Shown in pieces: positions 7,728 to 18,376 of a DNA stretch of 64,000 bases (its first letter is position 1; each line of letters begins with the position of its first letter). The notes under the pieces were generated by a model, which did not search any database, had not been told where the DNA came from, and saw only the letters and a program-made list of their open reading frames with translations. This stretch comes from an uncultured Candidatus Saccharibacteria bacterium (lineage in GTDB: Bacteria > Patescibacteriota > UBA1384 > JAMDBS01 > DAOVQR01), in assembly GCA_964481135.1 (NCBI GenBank), contig CAYZSW010000002.1:29283-93282 (forward strand), read 5' to 3'. The position numbers were made by a program, and so were the translations under genes.

Positions 7728-9161
7728 AAATAAAGGACGGACTTTTCTTAGCTTTGTTTTTGAAAATTCTTTATCAATTATATCAGCTGTTTTTGGCATA
7801 ATTGGTTTTAAAAAAAATGCAATCTGTCGGATACAAACAACTAAATCCTTTAAAATTATTTCTAGCTTTTTTGGATCGGTCTTAGCAATTTCCCAAGGTT
7901 TTGTTTTTTCAACATAAGAATTAGCAGAATTAACAATCTGAAAAATATTTTTTATTGCCCTATCAAATTTATAATTTTCAATTTCTTTCCAAATAACACC
8001 TGGTTTAATTTGTAGACATTTTTCTAAAACTTCCTGCTTTTCTTGAACTTGAATATCATATTTTTCACATAAATGAGAAACTCTCGAAACTAAATTACCT
8101 AAACCATTAGCTAATTCATTATTGTATTTTTCTTCCAGATCTTTAATTGATACATTTCCATCTACTCCGAAAGGAAATGCAGAAAGTAAGTAGTGTCTTA
8201 CAGCATCAGCTCCGTATTTTTCAACTAATTTATTCGGATCAATAACATTACCCAAAGATTTACTCATTTTTTGACCATTAATTGTAAAATAGCCGTGAGC
8301 AAAAATAGTTTTCGGTAAAGGCAATCCAGCACTTAATAACATTGCTGGCCAAATAACTCCGTGGAACCAAAGAATATCTTTTGCCATCAGGTGAACATCC
8401 GCCGGAAACCACTGGGTATCTTTGGGAGGGGTTTTGCTGTAAATTTGTGGTCCAGAATAATAATTTAAAAGCGCATCAAACCAAACATAAATTGTCTGTT
8501 TTTTGTCCCAAGGAACAGGAATACCCCAAGTAACTTCTTGACGAGACAAACTAACATCATCAAGTCCTTTTTTGATTTTATTATAAACCTCATTATGACG
8601 TGATTTTGGTAAAATTTGATACTCACCCTTATCAAGTGCTTTTAATAATTTTGTTTGATATTTTGAAAGTTTAAAAAAATAATTTTCTTCTTTTTGTTTA
8701 ATTGGTTTTTTATTTGGATGAAGCTTACATCTACCATTTACTAAATCTGCTTTTATCAGATATTTTTCGCATCCTACGCAGTAATATCCTGAATAAGTAT
8801 CTTTGTAGATATCACCGTTTTCGTAAATCTTTCTTAAAATATTTTTAACAAATTTAATATGTTTTTTGTTAGTAGTACGAATAAAATAATCATAATCAAT
8901 ATTTAAGTTATTCCAAGCTAATTTAAATTTAGGTATCAACTCATCACAAAATTTTTCAGGGCTTTTATTGTTCATTCCAGCAGCTTCAGCAATTTTTGCT
9001 CCATGTTCATCTGTTCCTGTTAAAAAGAAAACTCGTTTTTCATCTAGTTTAATCTTATAATAACGAGCTATAACATCAGCCGCTATTGTAGTATAAGCAT
9101 GACCAATATGCGGTTTATCGTTTACATAGTAGATAGGTGTTGTTACATAAAATTTCTTCAC
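7710..9161 (-). CDS. metG: Methionine--tRNA ligase (short form)
   Basis: TTPIYY, HIGH, GTDEHG, YVWFDAL, KMSKS. Confidence 0.97.
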   Translation of the reverse strand: MKKFYVTTPIYYVNDKPHIGHAYTTIAADVIARYYKIKLDEKRVFFLTGTDEHGAKIAEAAGMNNKSPEKFCDELIPKFKLAWNNLNIDYDYFIRTTNKKHIKFVKNILRKIYENGDIYKDTYSGYYCVGCEKYLIKADLVNGRCKLHPNKKPIKQKEENYFFKLSKYQTKLLKALDKGEYQILPKSRHNEVYNKIKKGLDDVSLSRQEVTWGIPVPWDKKQTIYVWFDALLNYYSGPQIYSKTPPKDTQWFPADVHLMAKDILWFHGVIWPAMLLSAGLPLPKTIFAHGYFTINGQKMSKSLGNVIDPNKLVEKYGADAVRHYLLSAFPFGVDGNVSIKDLEEKYNNELANGLGNLVSRVSHLCEKYDIQVQEKQEVLEKCLQIKPGVIWKEIENYKFDRAIKNIFQIVNSANSYVEKTKPWEIAKTDPKKLEIILKDLVVCIRQIAFFLKPIMPKTADIIDKEFSKTKLRKVRPLFIKIKD

Positions 9162-9294
9162 TACTTCTCCTAGTTTTATATCGTATCTAAGAATTAATAA
9201 CTCATAATCATAACTTTTAACTTAAATCTATAATACATAATTTTAAGTTTTTAGTTACAATTATCAGTTTTGAACTTTGAAATATTAGTTATTT

Positions 9295-9576
9295 TTAATA
9301 TTCTATCTCAAAACTTTTGTACAAATCTGCTTCTTTTTCTAATTCTATCCAACTAACATCAACATTTTCAACTTTGGATAATTCTGATCCTCTTTGACAC
9401 CATTTAATAAATTTATCTATTTCTTTCTTTTTTCCTTGAATAATAATTTTTACACTACCATCGGGCATATTTTTAACCCAACCAGTTAATCCTAGCTTAC
9501 GGGCCACTTCTCTTGTATTATATCTATAATTTACTCCTTGAACAATACCTGTTATTATTATTTCGACTTGATACAT
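9295..9576 (-). CDS. acyP: Acylphosphatase
   Basis: GIVQGVNYR, GWVKN..DGSV. Confidence 0.93.
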   Translation of the reverse strand: MYQVEIIITGIVQGVNYRYNTREVARKLGLTGWVKNMPDGSVKIIIQGKKKEIDKFIKWCQRGSELSKVENVDVSWIELEKEADLYKSFEIEY

Positions 9577-10268
9577 ACTACAAATTCTCCACGAATCAAT
9601 GAAGATTTTTCTTTAGAATCTTCATTATTTTTATTTTTGAAATGTTGGATTACCTGTGAAATATTTCCTCTTATTACTTCTTCAAATTTTTTAGTTAATT
9701 CTCTTCCTACAACTGCATAACGATTACCCACAAAAAGTTGCATATCTTCAAGTGTACGCAAGATTCTATATGGCGATTCATAAAGCACAATAGCATCATA
9801 CAAATCCATATTTGAGATTTTCATTAAATTGCGCATAAGAGTTTGCCTGCCTTTTTTCTGGGGTAAGAATCCTAAAAACAAAAATCTATCCGACTTAATT
9901 CCAGAAACAGAAAGTAGTGTTGTTAAAGCTGATGACCCAGGAATAGGTATAACATTAATACTATTTTCAATCGCATTTTCAACCAATATTCCACCTGGAT
10001 CATTTATTCCTGGCGTACCAGCATCTGTTACAATTGCAATGTTTTTACCCGATTTTAGCATCTCAACAATCTCATTAATTTTTGTAATCTTTGAATGTTG
10101 ATGATAAGAGATTGTTGGAGTTTTGAGTTCATATTTGTTTAATAAAATTCTTGTATGTCTAGTATCTTCGCAAGCAATTAAATCAACATCGCGCAAAGTA
10201 TTTAAGGCGCGAATCGTAATATCTTCTAAATTTCCAATTGGTGTTGCCACCACAAACAAAGTTCCCAT
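9558..10268 (-). CDS. rsmI: 16S rRNA (cytidine1402-2'-O)-methyltransferase
   Basis: VATPIGNLEDIT.RA, ACEDTR, DAGTPGI.DPG, YESPYR, RELTK.FEE. Confidence 0.96.
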   Translation of the reverse strand: MGTLFVVATPIGNLEDITIRALNTLRDVDLIACEDTRHTRILLNKYELKTPTISYHQHSKITKINEIVEMLKSGKNIAIVTDAGTPGINDPGGILVENAIENSINVIPIPGSSALTTLLSVSGIKSDRFLFLGFLPQKKGRQTLMRNLMKISNMDLYDAIVLYESPYRILRTLEDMQLFVGNRYAVVGRELTKKFEEVIRGNISQVIQHFKNKNNEDSKEKSSLIRGEFVVCIKSK

Positions 10269-10283
10269 TTTCTAAACCTTACT

Positions 10284-11132
10284 CTATTTATTAAAATTAG
10301 AATGCAATATATTAAATAATTTTATCCAGTCTTCTAAACTTAAATCTTCAGCTCTAAGAGATTTTTCAATACCAGCTCTATTTAATATATCAATAATTTG
10401 ATTTTTTGGTAAATTCAATCCATATCTCAGAGGATGATGAATTTGCCTTCTTTTTTGTGAAAATCCAATTTTAACTAACCTAAAAAATGCCTTAGTATCT
10501 ATATTCTTTGCTCCATGTTGCTTATTACTTGTTACTAATTTAATAATTGCACTATCAACTTTTGGTTCGGGCCAAAAACAATTACTTGGAACATAATCAA
10601 TAATTTCTGCTTTTGAATAAAACTCAACTAAAACTGTTAAAAATCCTCTTTCAGAACTTCCTGCTTTAGCGCAAATTCTTTCAGCAACCTCCTTTTGCAC
10701 CATTAAAATTAATTCTTGAGGTTTTTTTTCTGATGTTAAAAATTTTCTAATTAACGGAGAAGTAATTTGATATGGAATATTCGCCACCACTTTATAATCA
10801 TAATTAATATTCTCTAAATCATAAATTAAAATATCCTGACACACAATTTTTACATTTTTCTCTGACTTAAATTGCTTTCTTAATAGCTCAACTAGTTTTC
10901 TGTCTTTTTCTATAATTAAAACTAAGTTTGCTTTTTTAGCTAATTCATTAGTTAATACTCCTAGCCCAGGACCAACCTCTACTATATTATCTGTATCAGA
11001 AATTTTTGCGCTATTAATAATTTTGTTTAATATGTCTTGAGAGATTAAAAAATTTTGACCTAAACTTTTTTTAGCCCATAAATTATTTTCTTTCAAAATA
11101 TCTTTAATTGTGTCTTTGTTGGTTAGTACCAT
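10284..11132 (-). CDS. rsmA: 16S rRNA adenine dimethyltransferase
   Basis: KSLGQNFL, EVGPGLG, VANIPYQIT, MVQKEVAER, PKVDSA. Confidence 0.96.
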   Translation of the reverse strand: MVLTNKDTIKDILKENNLWAKKSLGQNFLISQDILNKIINSAKISDTDNIVEVGPGLGVLTNELAKKANLVLIIEKDRKLVELLRKQFKSEKNVKIVCQDILIYDLENINYDYKVVANIPYQITSPLIRKFLTSEKKPQELILMVQKEVAERICAKAGSSERGFLTVLVEFYSKAEIIDYVPSNCFWPEPKVDSAIIKLVTSNKQHGAKNIDTKAFFRLVKIGFSQKRRQIHHPLRYGLNLPKNQIIDILNRAGIEKSLRAEDLSLEDWIKLFNILHSNFNK

Positions 11133-11199
11133 TAAGTATATTTTAACTTATATCTTGTTAAAATAACATAAAATTTTTATTTCTTCAAGGGTTATAGGG

Positions 11200-11228
11200 T
11201 TGACGAAAAAACAATTAAGTTTTATTAT
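11200..11228 (+). promoter_or_regulatory. Sigma70-like promoter of the V-ATPase operon
   Basis: TTGACG-17 nt-TATTAT. Confidence 0.6.
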
Positions 11229-11320
11229 ATTACCTGAATTGATAATTAATATTATTAATTTTTACATACAAATCTATAAAAAATAGACATTAATTTAATT
11301 ATATAAAATAAAGAGGAAAT

Positions 11321-11623
11321 ATGAAAAATATAATTGATGATATCAAAAACCAAGAAATGAGCGCGCAAAAAATTATTGATGATGCACAAAAAAATGCAAA
11401 ACAAAACTTAGAAAAAGAAAAAATGCTTATTACATCACAGGAAGAAACCGAACTAAAAAATCATCAAAAAGTTTTAGATGAATTTATTCAAACAGCAGAG
11501 AAAGAAGCTCAAAAAGAAACTGAAGAAATAAATAAAAATAAAAAAAATCAGATTGATCGCTTGTCTAAGATAGATATTGAAAATGGAACACAAATAGTTT
11601 TAAATGAAATTTTTAATATATAA
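11321..11623 (+). CDS. A/V-type ATPase subunit G/H
   Basis: Short charged coiled coil at the head of the operon, before subunit I. Confidence 0.75.
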   Translation: MKNIIDDIKNQEMSAQKIIDDAQKNAKQNLEKEKMLITSQEETELKNHQKVLDEFIQTAEKEAQKETEEINKNKKNQIDRLSKIDIENGTQIVLNEIFNI

Positions 11624-11633
11624 ATAGGATTAT

Positions 11634-13622
11634 ATGGCCATCACACCAATGCAAAAAATTAATATTATTGGAATTAACTCTGAAAAAGAGTTAGTTTTAT
11701 CACATATTCAAAAAATGTCTTTGGTTGAGATAATCGAAATGAATCCCGATTTAATAAAACATATCTTACAAGAAGATACATACTTCCCAAAAAAAGAACA
11801 ACTGGAATTAAATATTGCTGAAGTTAAATTTTGTATAGATTTCCTAAATAAATATTATCAAGGCAAAAAACCAGGTCTTTTAGAAAGTTTTATTGGCAAT
11901 AAAATTAAAGTATCAAAAAAAGAATTTGAAAAGTTTGCCACATTAGATTACCCCAAAATTATTAACCAAATTAAATCTATAGATAATAATTTGTCAGAAA
12001 ATCAGAATAAATTAAATAAAATCCAATCAGCAATTAGTCAATTAGAAAATTTTGCTTCTCTTACTATACCAATTGGCGAACTTAAATCATTAAATAATTT
12101 TAATGTAGCTATTGGCTCTATGACCCAAAATAATTGGGATGGTTTCTATAAAAATATAAATGAACTATCAAAAGAAATTGCAATAGAGACATTTTCAAAA
12201 ATCGAAGATAAAGATAAAAAATTCTTTATTATTTACCCAAAGAATGAAGAAATTACAAAAAAAACTAATCAGTTATTGTCTCAAGCGAATTTTCAAACCG
12301 CGGATTTTATTCTAAATTATAACCAAACAATTAAAAAAGAAATTTTAGATCTGACTGATCAGAAAAACAAACTTATAACTTATATAAATCAACTGACTGG
12401 CGAAATTCAAAAATTTATGCAATATAGATTACCTTTAATGTGTTATTTTGATAAGTTAAACTGGAATAAGAATCTTAAAGAAACAACTAATTTAGCAATT
12501 GCAACAAAATATACATTTATTTTTTCCGCCTGGGCCAGAAAAGATGAAATTAATATAATTTCAGAAAACCTTAAAAAAATAAGTAGCAATATTGCAATAA
12601 TTCAAGTTGAACCAGAAAAAAATGAACAACCTCCAGTTGATCTTGAAAACAAAAAATTTGTTCAACCATTCGAAGCCGTAACAAATATCTACGGCATGCC
12701 AAAATATGCAGAACTTGATCCAACAGCATTTCTAGCACTTTTTTTTATAATATTCTTAGCACTGTGTTTAACTGATGCTGGATATGGATTAGTTTTAATT
12801 TTAATTACCTGGTGGATGCTTAAAAAAGTTGACCTTCCAGACAAAAGATTGGTTATCCTACTTCATTATGGTGGCTGGGCAACCTTAATTATTGGTGCCC
12901 TAGCAGGAGGATGGTTTGGCGTTGAAATTGATAAATTGACTTGGTCGCCTCTACAACAAGCCTTAAATTCAGTTAGAATAGTAAATCCTGTTGAAAATCC
13001 TTTGGCAATTATGGGCTTGTCTCTTGCTCTTGGAATTATTCAAATTTGGTTTGGAATTTTTATTAGTTTTTACTGGGGAATTAAACATAATCAAGTTAAA
13101 GAATCAATTTATGATAAAGTCCCATGGTTAATGCTCATTCCATCTTTAATATTTTTTGCTTTAGTAAAAACAAATGTATTCCCTACTTCATTAAGTACAA
13201 TATCAATAATATTTTTATTATTATCTGTAGCTTTAGTAGTTATTTCTAAAGGAAGAACACAAAAAAATCCACTTTTAGCAATTCCTGTTGGTGTTTTAGG
13301 ATTATACGATTTAATAGGATATTTTTCAGATACATTATCTTATTCTCGTCTCTTGGCATTAGGACTTGCAACTGGTATAATTGGCTTGGTAATTAATATG
13401 ATAGCAGATTTATTTAAAGGAATCCCTTATGTTGGATGGTTAATTTTCATTTTAGTCTTGGTTGGTGGACACACCTTTAACCTTGCTATCAATTTACTTG
13501 GGGCGTTCATTCATTCTGCCCGTTTACAATATGTGGAATTTTTTACAAAATTTATGGAAGGTGGAGGTAAAAAATTTACTCCTTTTTCCAAAAATAGTAT
13601 ATATACAAATATTAACGAATAA
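11634..13622 (+). CDS. ntpI: V-type ATPase subunit I (a)
   Basis: YGMP.Y.ELDPT, TDAGYG, D.LSYSRL.ALGLA, HSARLQYVEFF. Confidence 0.95.
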   Translation: MAITPMQKINIIGINSEKELVLSHIQKMSLVEIIEMNPDLIKHILQEDTYFPKKEQLELNIAEVKFCIDFLNKYYQGKKPGLLESFIGNKIKVSKKEFEKFATLDYPKIINQIKSIDNNLSENQNKLNKIQSAISQLENFASLTIPIGELKSLNNFNVAIGSMTQNNWDGFYKNINELSKEIAIETFSKIEDKDKKFFIIYPKNEEITKKTNQLLSQANFQTADFILNYNQTIKKEILDLTDQKNKLITYINQLTGEIQKFMQYRLPLMCYFDKLNWNKNLKETTNLAIATKYTFIFSAWARKDEINIISENLKKISSNIAIIQVEPEKNEQPPVDLENKKFVQPFEAVTNIYGMPKYAELDPTAFLALFFIIFLALCLTDAGYGLVLILITWWMLKKVDLPDKRLVILLHYGGWATLIIGALAGGWFGVEIDKLTWSPLQQALNSVRIVNPVENPLAIMGLSLALGIIQIWFGIFISFYWGIKHNQVKESIYDKVPWLMLIPSLIFFALVKTNVFPTSLSTISIIFLLLSVALVVISKGRTQKNPLLAIPVGVLGLYDLIGYFSDTLSYSRLLALGLATGIIGLVINMIADLFKGIPYVGWLIFILVLVGGHTFNLAINLLGAFIHSARLQYVEFFTKFMEGGGKKFTPFSKNSIYTNINE

Positions 13623-13640
13623 AATTTAATAGTTATAATA

Positions 13641-13720
13641 GCCACCGATTCTTAATCACTGATAACACTGATAAATATAATAATTCAAATCTGTGAAATC
13701 CGTGTAAAAAGATCTGTGGT
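13641..13720. repeat. ORF-less ~9-nt periodic inverted element
   Basis: ccaccgat..cactgataacactgata ... atctgtgaaatccgtg..atctgtgg; similar architecture at 33445-33530. Confidence 0.65.
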
Positions 13721-13734
13721 AAGAAAGGAATTAA

Positions 13735-14205
13735 ATGACATTAGGATTAGTTTTAGCAATCATTGGGGCAGCATTATCTGTAGTTTTAGCAGGTATTGGT
13801 TCGATTATTGGAGTAGGTCTTGCCGGTCAAGCAGGTGCAGGTATTACTTCAGAAGAACCTGAAAAATTTGGTAAAGTACTTCTTTTAGAAGCACTTCCTG
13901 GTACACAAGGTATATATGGATTTTTAGGTACCTTTTGGGTCATGATGAAAACACAATTGCTTTCTGGTGGCGTACAAATTGATACAAATACTGGTTTAGT
14001 GATTTTACTTTCATGTTTACCTGTTGCTCTTGCTGGTTTATTTTCAGGAATTTATCAAGGCAAGGTTTCTGTTGCAGGCATGAACATTGTTTCTAAACAA
14101 CCAGGTGATTCTGGTAAAGCTATTATTTTAGCTGTTATGGTAGAAACTTATGCTGTTCTTGGGCTTTTAGCCACTATCTTATTAATTAACGGCATACAAG
14201 TATAA
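13735..14205 (+). CDS. ntpK: V-type ATPase subunit K (c ring), Na+-type
   Basis: Four TM helices; LPGTQGIYG, GIYQGK, MVETYA. Confidence 0.95.
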   Translation: MTLGLVLAIIGAALSVVLAGIGSIIGVGLAGQAGAGITSEEPEKFGKVLLLEALPGTQGIYGFLGTFWVMMKTQLLSGGVQIDTNTGLVILLSCLPVALAGLFSGIYQGKVSVAGMNIVSKQPGDSGKAIILAVMVETYAVLGLLATILLINGIQV

Positions 14206-14207
14206 TA

Positions 14208-14372
14208 GAAAATTTTAAAATAACAAATAACACTCGTCTCGACTCGGATGTCGATCCGAGGCGGGAATGACAAATAAATTACAATATCAAAACTACAATC
14301 ACTAAAAATATTTAGAATTTATAAATTAATATTTTGAATTTATTGAAAGTTTGGTGATTATAAATTGATATT
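14208..14372. repeat. Heptamer inverted element with a nested GC-rich hairpin
   Basis: aaataac aaataac [ctcgtctcgactcggatgtcgatccgaggcggg] aatgacaaa ... ttggtgattataaattgatattt. Confidence 0.7.
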
Positions 14373-14391
14373 TACTCCCTCAAGGAGTCAT

Positions 14392-14979
14392 ATGAGCTTA
14401 GAAGACATCAAAAAGAAAATTCTTGCAGACGCAAAACAACAAGCTGAGCAAATTACTAAAGACAGTAAAAACGAAATTTCTAATTTAAGAAAATCGTCTG
14501 AAGAAAAAATTAATGAAATCAAAAAGAAAAATACTGTAAAAGCTAAATATGAAGCTAAAAACAAAGCTAGAAGTATTTTAATTAGTACAAGTATTGAAGC
14601 CAAAAATGAAATATTAAAACAAAAGAGAACAATAATTGAAAAAATACTCAATAGTAGTATTAAAAAACTTGAAAATCTCCCAGATAATGAATATAAAAAA
14701 ATTATCGGTTTGCAGATGCAAAAGCTACAATCGCTAAATCTACAAAATATTAAAATCATACCTGTTAAAAATAAAAAAGAATTAATTAGCAATATAGCAA
14801 ATGAATTATTAAATAAAAAAGCTCAAATAGGTGAAGAAACGGATAGAATTAAAGGTGGTTTTCTAGTTGAATCAGATCAAACTATTATTGATTTTTCTTT
14901 TGAAAATTTAGTTAATGAATTAAAACCTCAGCTTGAAAAAAAATTATCTGCTAATTTGTTTAAAGGATTAAATGAGTAA
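14392..14979 (+). CDS. ntpE: V-type ATPase subunit E
   Basis: MSLEDIKKKIL..A coiled coil, IKGGF, DFSF; AAGGAG RBS. Confidence 0.88.
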   Translation: MSLEDIKKKILADAKQQAEQITKDSKNEISNLRKSSEEKINEIKKKNTVKAKYEAKNKARSILISTSIEAKNEILKQKRTIIEKILNSSIKKLENLPDNEYKKIIGLQMQKLQSLNLQNIKIIPVKNKKELISNIANELLNKKAQIGEETDRIKGGFLVESDQTIIDFSFENLVNELKPQLEKKLSANLFKGLNE

Positions 14980-15982
14980 CGAAAATTATGCATTCGCTGT
15001 TGCCAATATTCGTTCGCAGGAAAAAAAATTGATACAAAAAAATCAATTAGAAAGATTAATTGATGCTCCAAACGCTTCTGCTTTTTTCGAATCATTGAAT
15101 GAAACAGCATACGCAAAACATTTTACGGAAACAAAAAATCCAGAAGATTATAGCGTAATCTTAGCCAAAACAATGTTAGAAACAAAAAATCTTTTAACTA
15201 AAATCTGCCCATATAAAGAAAATCTAAATTGGCTTTGGCTTAAATATGATTTTTTAAACATAAAATTTGCCATTAAAAATTATTTAACAAAAAACCAATT
15301 AAAACTTGAAGATTTTAATAATTTAGGTGAAATTAAACCTGAAAAAATTATAAAATATTTTGAAAAAAATGAAAAAAAGTCTTTACCCGTAAATATCGAA
15401 AAAATTATTCAAAAATCAATAAAAAAGTTTGAAAAAGAGAAAAACCCTAGCCAAATAGATGAAATACTGGACCAAGAATACTTCGTATGTTTGAGTTCTG
15501 AAATCAATAAGACAAATTCAAGGCAAATTAAAAATCTAATTAAAGCAAAAATTGATTTAAATAATTTAAAACTATTAATTCGATACAAATATCTAAAAAA
15601 AACAATTAATGAATTTGAAAAAAATATTTGCAAAGGTGGTACCATATCCACAAAAGATCTGAAAAATGCATTTGACTCAAATTTCGAGGATATTCAAAAA
15701 AATGCAAAATTTATTGATTATGATTTAATTTTAAAAGCAGGAATAAAGTATCTAATAGAAGAAAAATCATATTTGATTTTCGAAAAATTATCTTACGAAT
15801 ATTTTTTAGAAAAGCTTAGATTTGCCAAATATGAAGCATTTGGCGTAGAACCATTAATTGCTTTTTGGCTAGCAAAAGACAATGAAACAAATATTATTCA
15901 AATTATCATGATAGGAAAATTAAACAATATTGAACCAAAAATTATTCATCAACAATTACATAAATTATATACGGAAAAATAA
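14972..15982 (+). CDS. ntpC: V-type ATPase subunit C
   Basis: YAFAVANIR, YDFLNIK, IDLNN, FGVEPL; operon position. Confidence 0.9.
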   Translation: MSNENYAFAVANIRSQEKKLIQKNQLERLIDAPNASAFFESLNETAYAKHFTETKNPEDYSVILAKTMLETKNLLTKICPYKENLNWLWLKYDFLNIKFAIKNYLTKNQLKLEDFNNLGEIKPEKIIKYFEKNEKKSLPVNIEKIIQKSIKKFEKEKNPSQIDEILDQEYFVCLSSEINKTNSRQIKNLIKAKIDLNNLKLLIRYKYLKKTINEFEKNICKGGTISTKDLKNAFDSNFEDIQKNAKFIDYDLILKAGIKYLIEEKSYLIFEKLSYEYFLEKLRFAKYEAFGVEPLIAFWLAKDNETNIIQIIMIGKLNNIEPKIIHQQLHKLYTEK

Positions 15983-16029
15983 TTTTAAATAAACTGGTAT
16001 TTCTAAAATAAGCTTTAATATAAATCATT

Positions 16030-16377
16030 ATGAACAATATAAATAATACAAAAGATAAAGAAATTATAATTATTGGAAAAGAAAATGTTGTATCATGTTT
16101 TCGTTTTTTAGGATTCAAAACATTATATATAAACGAAAAAAATGCCTTAGACAAATTTCTACAATTAAAACAAAACATTGAAAATTACGGAATCATTTAT
16201 ATAACTGAAGATTTTTATAATATATTAAAAGAAGAAATTGAAAAAATTTCACAAAAGGTTATGCCAGCAATTGTACTGATACCAAATAATTCTGGTAGTC
16301 AAAACATTGCCTACAACATGATGAAAAAAACTGTTGAACAGGCAGCTGGGTCAGACATCTTATCCAATAAAAATTAG
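16030..16377 (+). CDS. V-type ATPase subunit F
   Basis: IIIGKE.V..FRFLG, YGII.ITE, PAIVLIP, VEQAAG.DI. Confidence 0.9.
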   Translation: MNNINNTKDKEIIIIGKENVVSCFRFLGFKTLYINEKNALDKFLQLKQNIENYGIIYITEDFYNILKEEIEKISQKVMPAIVLIPNNSGSQNIAYNMMKKTVEQAAGSDILSNKN

Positions 16378-16424
16378 CCAAAAGCTAATAGCAAATCGCT
16401 AGTAGCTTCAACATAGGAGTTTAC

Positions 16425-18191
16425 ATGAATGGAAAAATTTCAAAAGTATCAGGACCGCTAGTAATAGCTAAAAATCTAGAAGGCGCTAGAATGTACGATG
16501 TAGCCAAAGTTTCTAAAGAAAAACTTATTGGCGAAATTATTCAAATAGATCAAGATCAAGTATCAATTCAAGTATATGAAGATACCGCTGGTCTTGGACC
16601 TAACGAAGAGGTAGAAACAACTAATATCCCTCTTTCTGTAACTTTAGGGCCAGGTCTAATTAGTTCAATTTATGACGGTATCCAACGCCCACTTGAATTA
16701 ATGCAAAAAAAAGCTGGAGCTTATATTACTCGAGGAATCGAAGTCCCAAAACTTGATTTAAATAAAAAATGGAAATTCAAACCGCTAGTTAAAACAGGTG
16801 ATAAAGTAGAAGGTGGCGATATAATTGGAGAAGTAGATGAAACATCTTTAATTAAACACAAAATCATGGTTCCACCTAGTATTAAAAATGGCACAATTAA
16901 AGATATTAAATCTGGTGAATACACTGTGCAAGATATAATTGCTGTAGTCCTGACAAAAGATAAAGAAGAATCAATAAAGATGATGCAAGAATGGCCAATT
17001 CGTAAAGCTAGACCATACAAAGATAAAATTGTTCCGAAAACGCCACTTGTAACTGGCCAAAGAATTATTGATACCTTTTTTCCAATCGCTAAAGGTGGAA
17101 CCGCTTGCGTACCTGGTCCTTTTGGATCCGGTAAAACTGTTGTTCAGCACCAACTTGCCAAATGGGCAGATGCCGATATTATTATCTTTATTGGCTGTGG
17201 TGAAAGAGGAAATGAAATGACAGATGTACTACAAGAATTCCCAGAACTTAAGGATCCAAAATCTGGCGAACCACTTATGAAAAGAACTGTTTTAATCGCT
17301 AACACATCAAATATGCCAGTAGCTGCTCGTGAGGCTTCAATTTATACTGGAGTTACTATTGGAGAATATTTTAGAGATATGGGTTACAAAGTTGCACTTA
17401 TGGCTGACTCAACTAGTCGTTGGGCAGAAGCACTCCGTGAAATGTCAGGTCGTCTAGAAGAAATGCCTGGCGAAGAAGGATATCCAGCTTATTTAGGATC
17501 AAGAACAGCAACTTTTTATGAAAGATCAGGACAAGTTAAGTGCGCCGGATCTCAAGAACGCCAAGGATCTTTAACATTAGTTGGAGCTGTTTCTCCTCCT
17601 GGTGGTGATCTTTCTGAACCAGTAACTCAAAATACTTTAAGATGCGTAAAGGTTTTTTGGGGTCTTGATGCATCACTTGCATATAAAAGACACTTCCCTG
17701 CCATTAATTGGCTTGATAGTTATTCTTTATATATTGATGATATTCAAGATTATATTAAAAAAGAAGTTTCTGAGAATTGGTTTAATCTAAGAACAGAAGC
17801 AATGGACTTACTCCAAAAAGAAGAAGCTTTGCAAGAAATCGTTCGTCTTGTAGGAGTTGAATCGCTTTCTGCTTCAGATCAGTTAACGCTAGAAACTGCA
17901 AAAAGTATTCGAGAAGATTATCTTATGCAAAACGCTTTTGATGATACAGATACCTATACTTCTCTACCAAAACAAGCTAAAATGCTAGAAGTAATTATTA
18001 AACTTCATCAAAAAAGAACAGAAATTATTAAAACCAATACCGAAATTGAACTAAAAAAATTATTTGGCCAAATAGAAAATTCACCGATGTATCAAATAAA
18101 TCAAGATATTGCTAAAATGAAATTTATCCCTGAAAAAGAAATAAATAAATATGACGAATTAATTGAAAAAATAGAAAAAACAGAAATATAA
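16425..18191 (+). CDS. ntpA: V-type ATPase subunit A
   Basis: GPFGSGKT, GCGERGNE, NTSNMPVAAREAS, DSTSRWAEA. Confidence 0.97.
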   Translation: MNGKISKVSGPLVIAKNLEGARMYDVAKVSKEKLIGEIIQIDQDQVSIQVYEDTAGLGPNEEVETTNIPLSVTLGPGLISSIYDGIQRPLELMQKKAGAYITRGIEVPKLDLNKKWKFKPLVKTGDKVEGGDIIGEVDETSLIKHKIMVPPSIKNGTIKDIKSGEYTVQDIIAVVLTKDKEESIKMMQEWPIRKARPYKDKIVPKTPLVTGQRIIDTFFPIAKGGTACVPGPFGSGKTVVQHQLAKWADADIIIFIGCGERGNEMTDVLQEFPELKDPKSGEPLMKRTVLIANTSNMPVAAREASIYTGVTIGEYFRDMGYKVALMADSTSRWAEALREMSGRLEEMPGEEGYPAYLGSRTATFYERSGQVKCAGSQERQGSLTLVGAVSPPGGDLSEPVTQNTLRCVKVFWGLDASLAYKRHFPAINWLDSYSLYIDDIQDYIKKEVSENWFNLRTEAMDLLQKEEALQEIVRLVGVESLSASDQLTLETAKSIREDYLMQNAFDDTDTYTSLPKQAKMLEVIIKLHQKRTEIIKTNTEIELKKLFGQIENSPMYQINQDIAKMKFIPEKEINKYDELIEKIEKTEI

Positions 18192-18195
18192 TATA

Positions 18196-18358
18196 AAAAT
18201 TACAAATAACAAATTACAAATTTCCAATATCAAACCTGTCTCGACTTGGTCGAGCCAAGGCGGATAAATTACAATGATCAAAATCCAAATATATTAATAA
18301 TTTAAGAATTGAGATTTGAAAAATTATTTATAATTTGGTGCTTGAGATTTGCTATTTA
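18196..18358. repeat. Heptamer inverted element with a nested GC-rich hairpin
   Basis: aaattac aaataac aaattac aaatttc caatatc [cctgtctcgacttggtcgagccaaggcgg] ... tttggtgcttgagatttgctattt. Confidence 0.75.
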
Positions 18359-18376
18359 TTCCTGAAAGGAATCTAT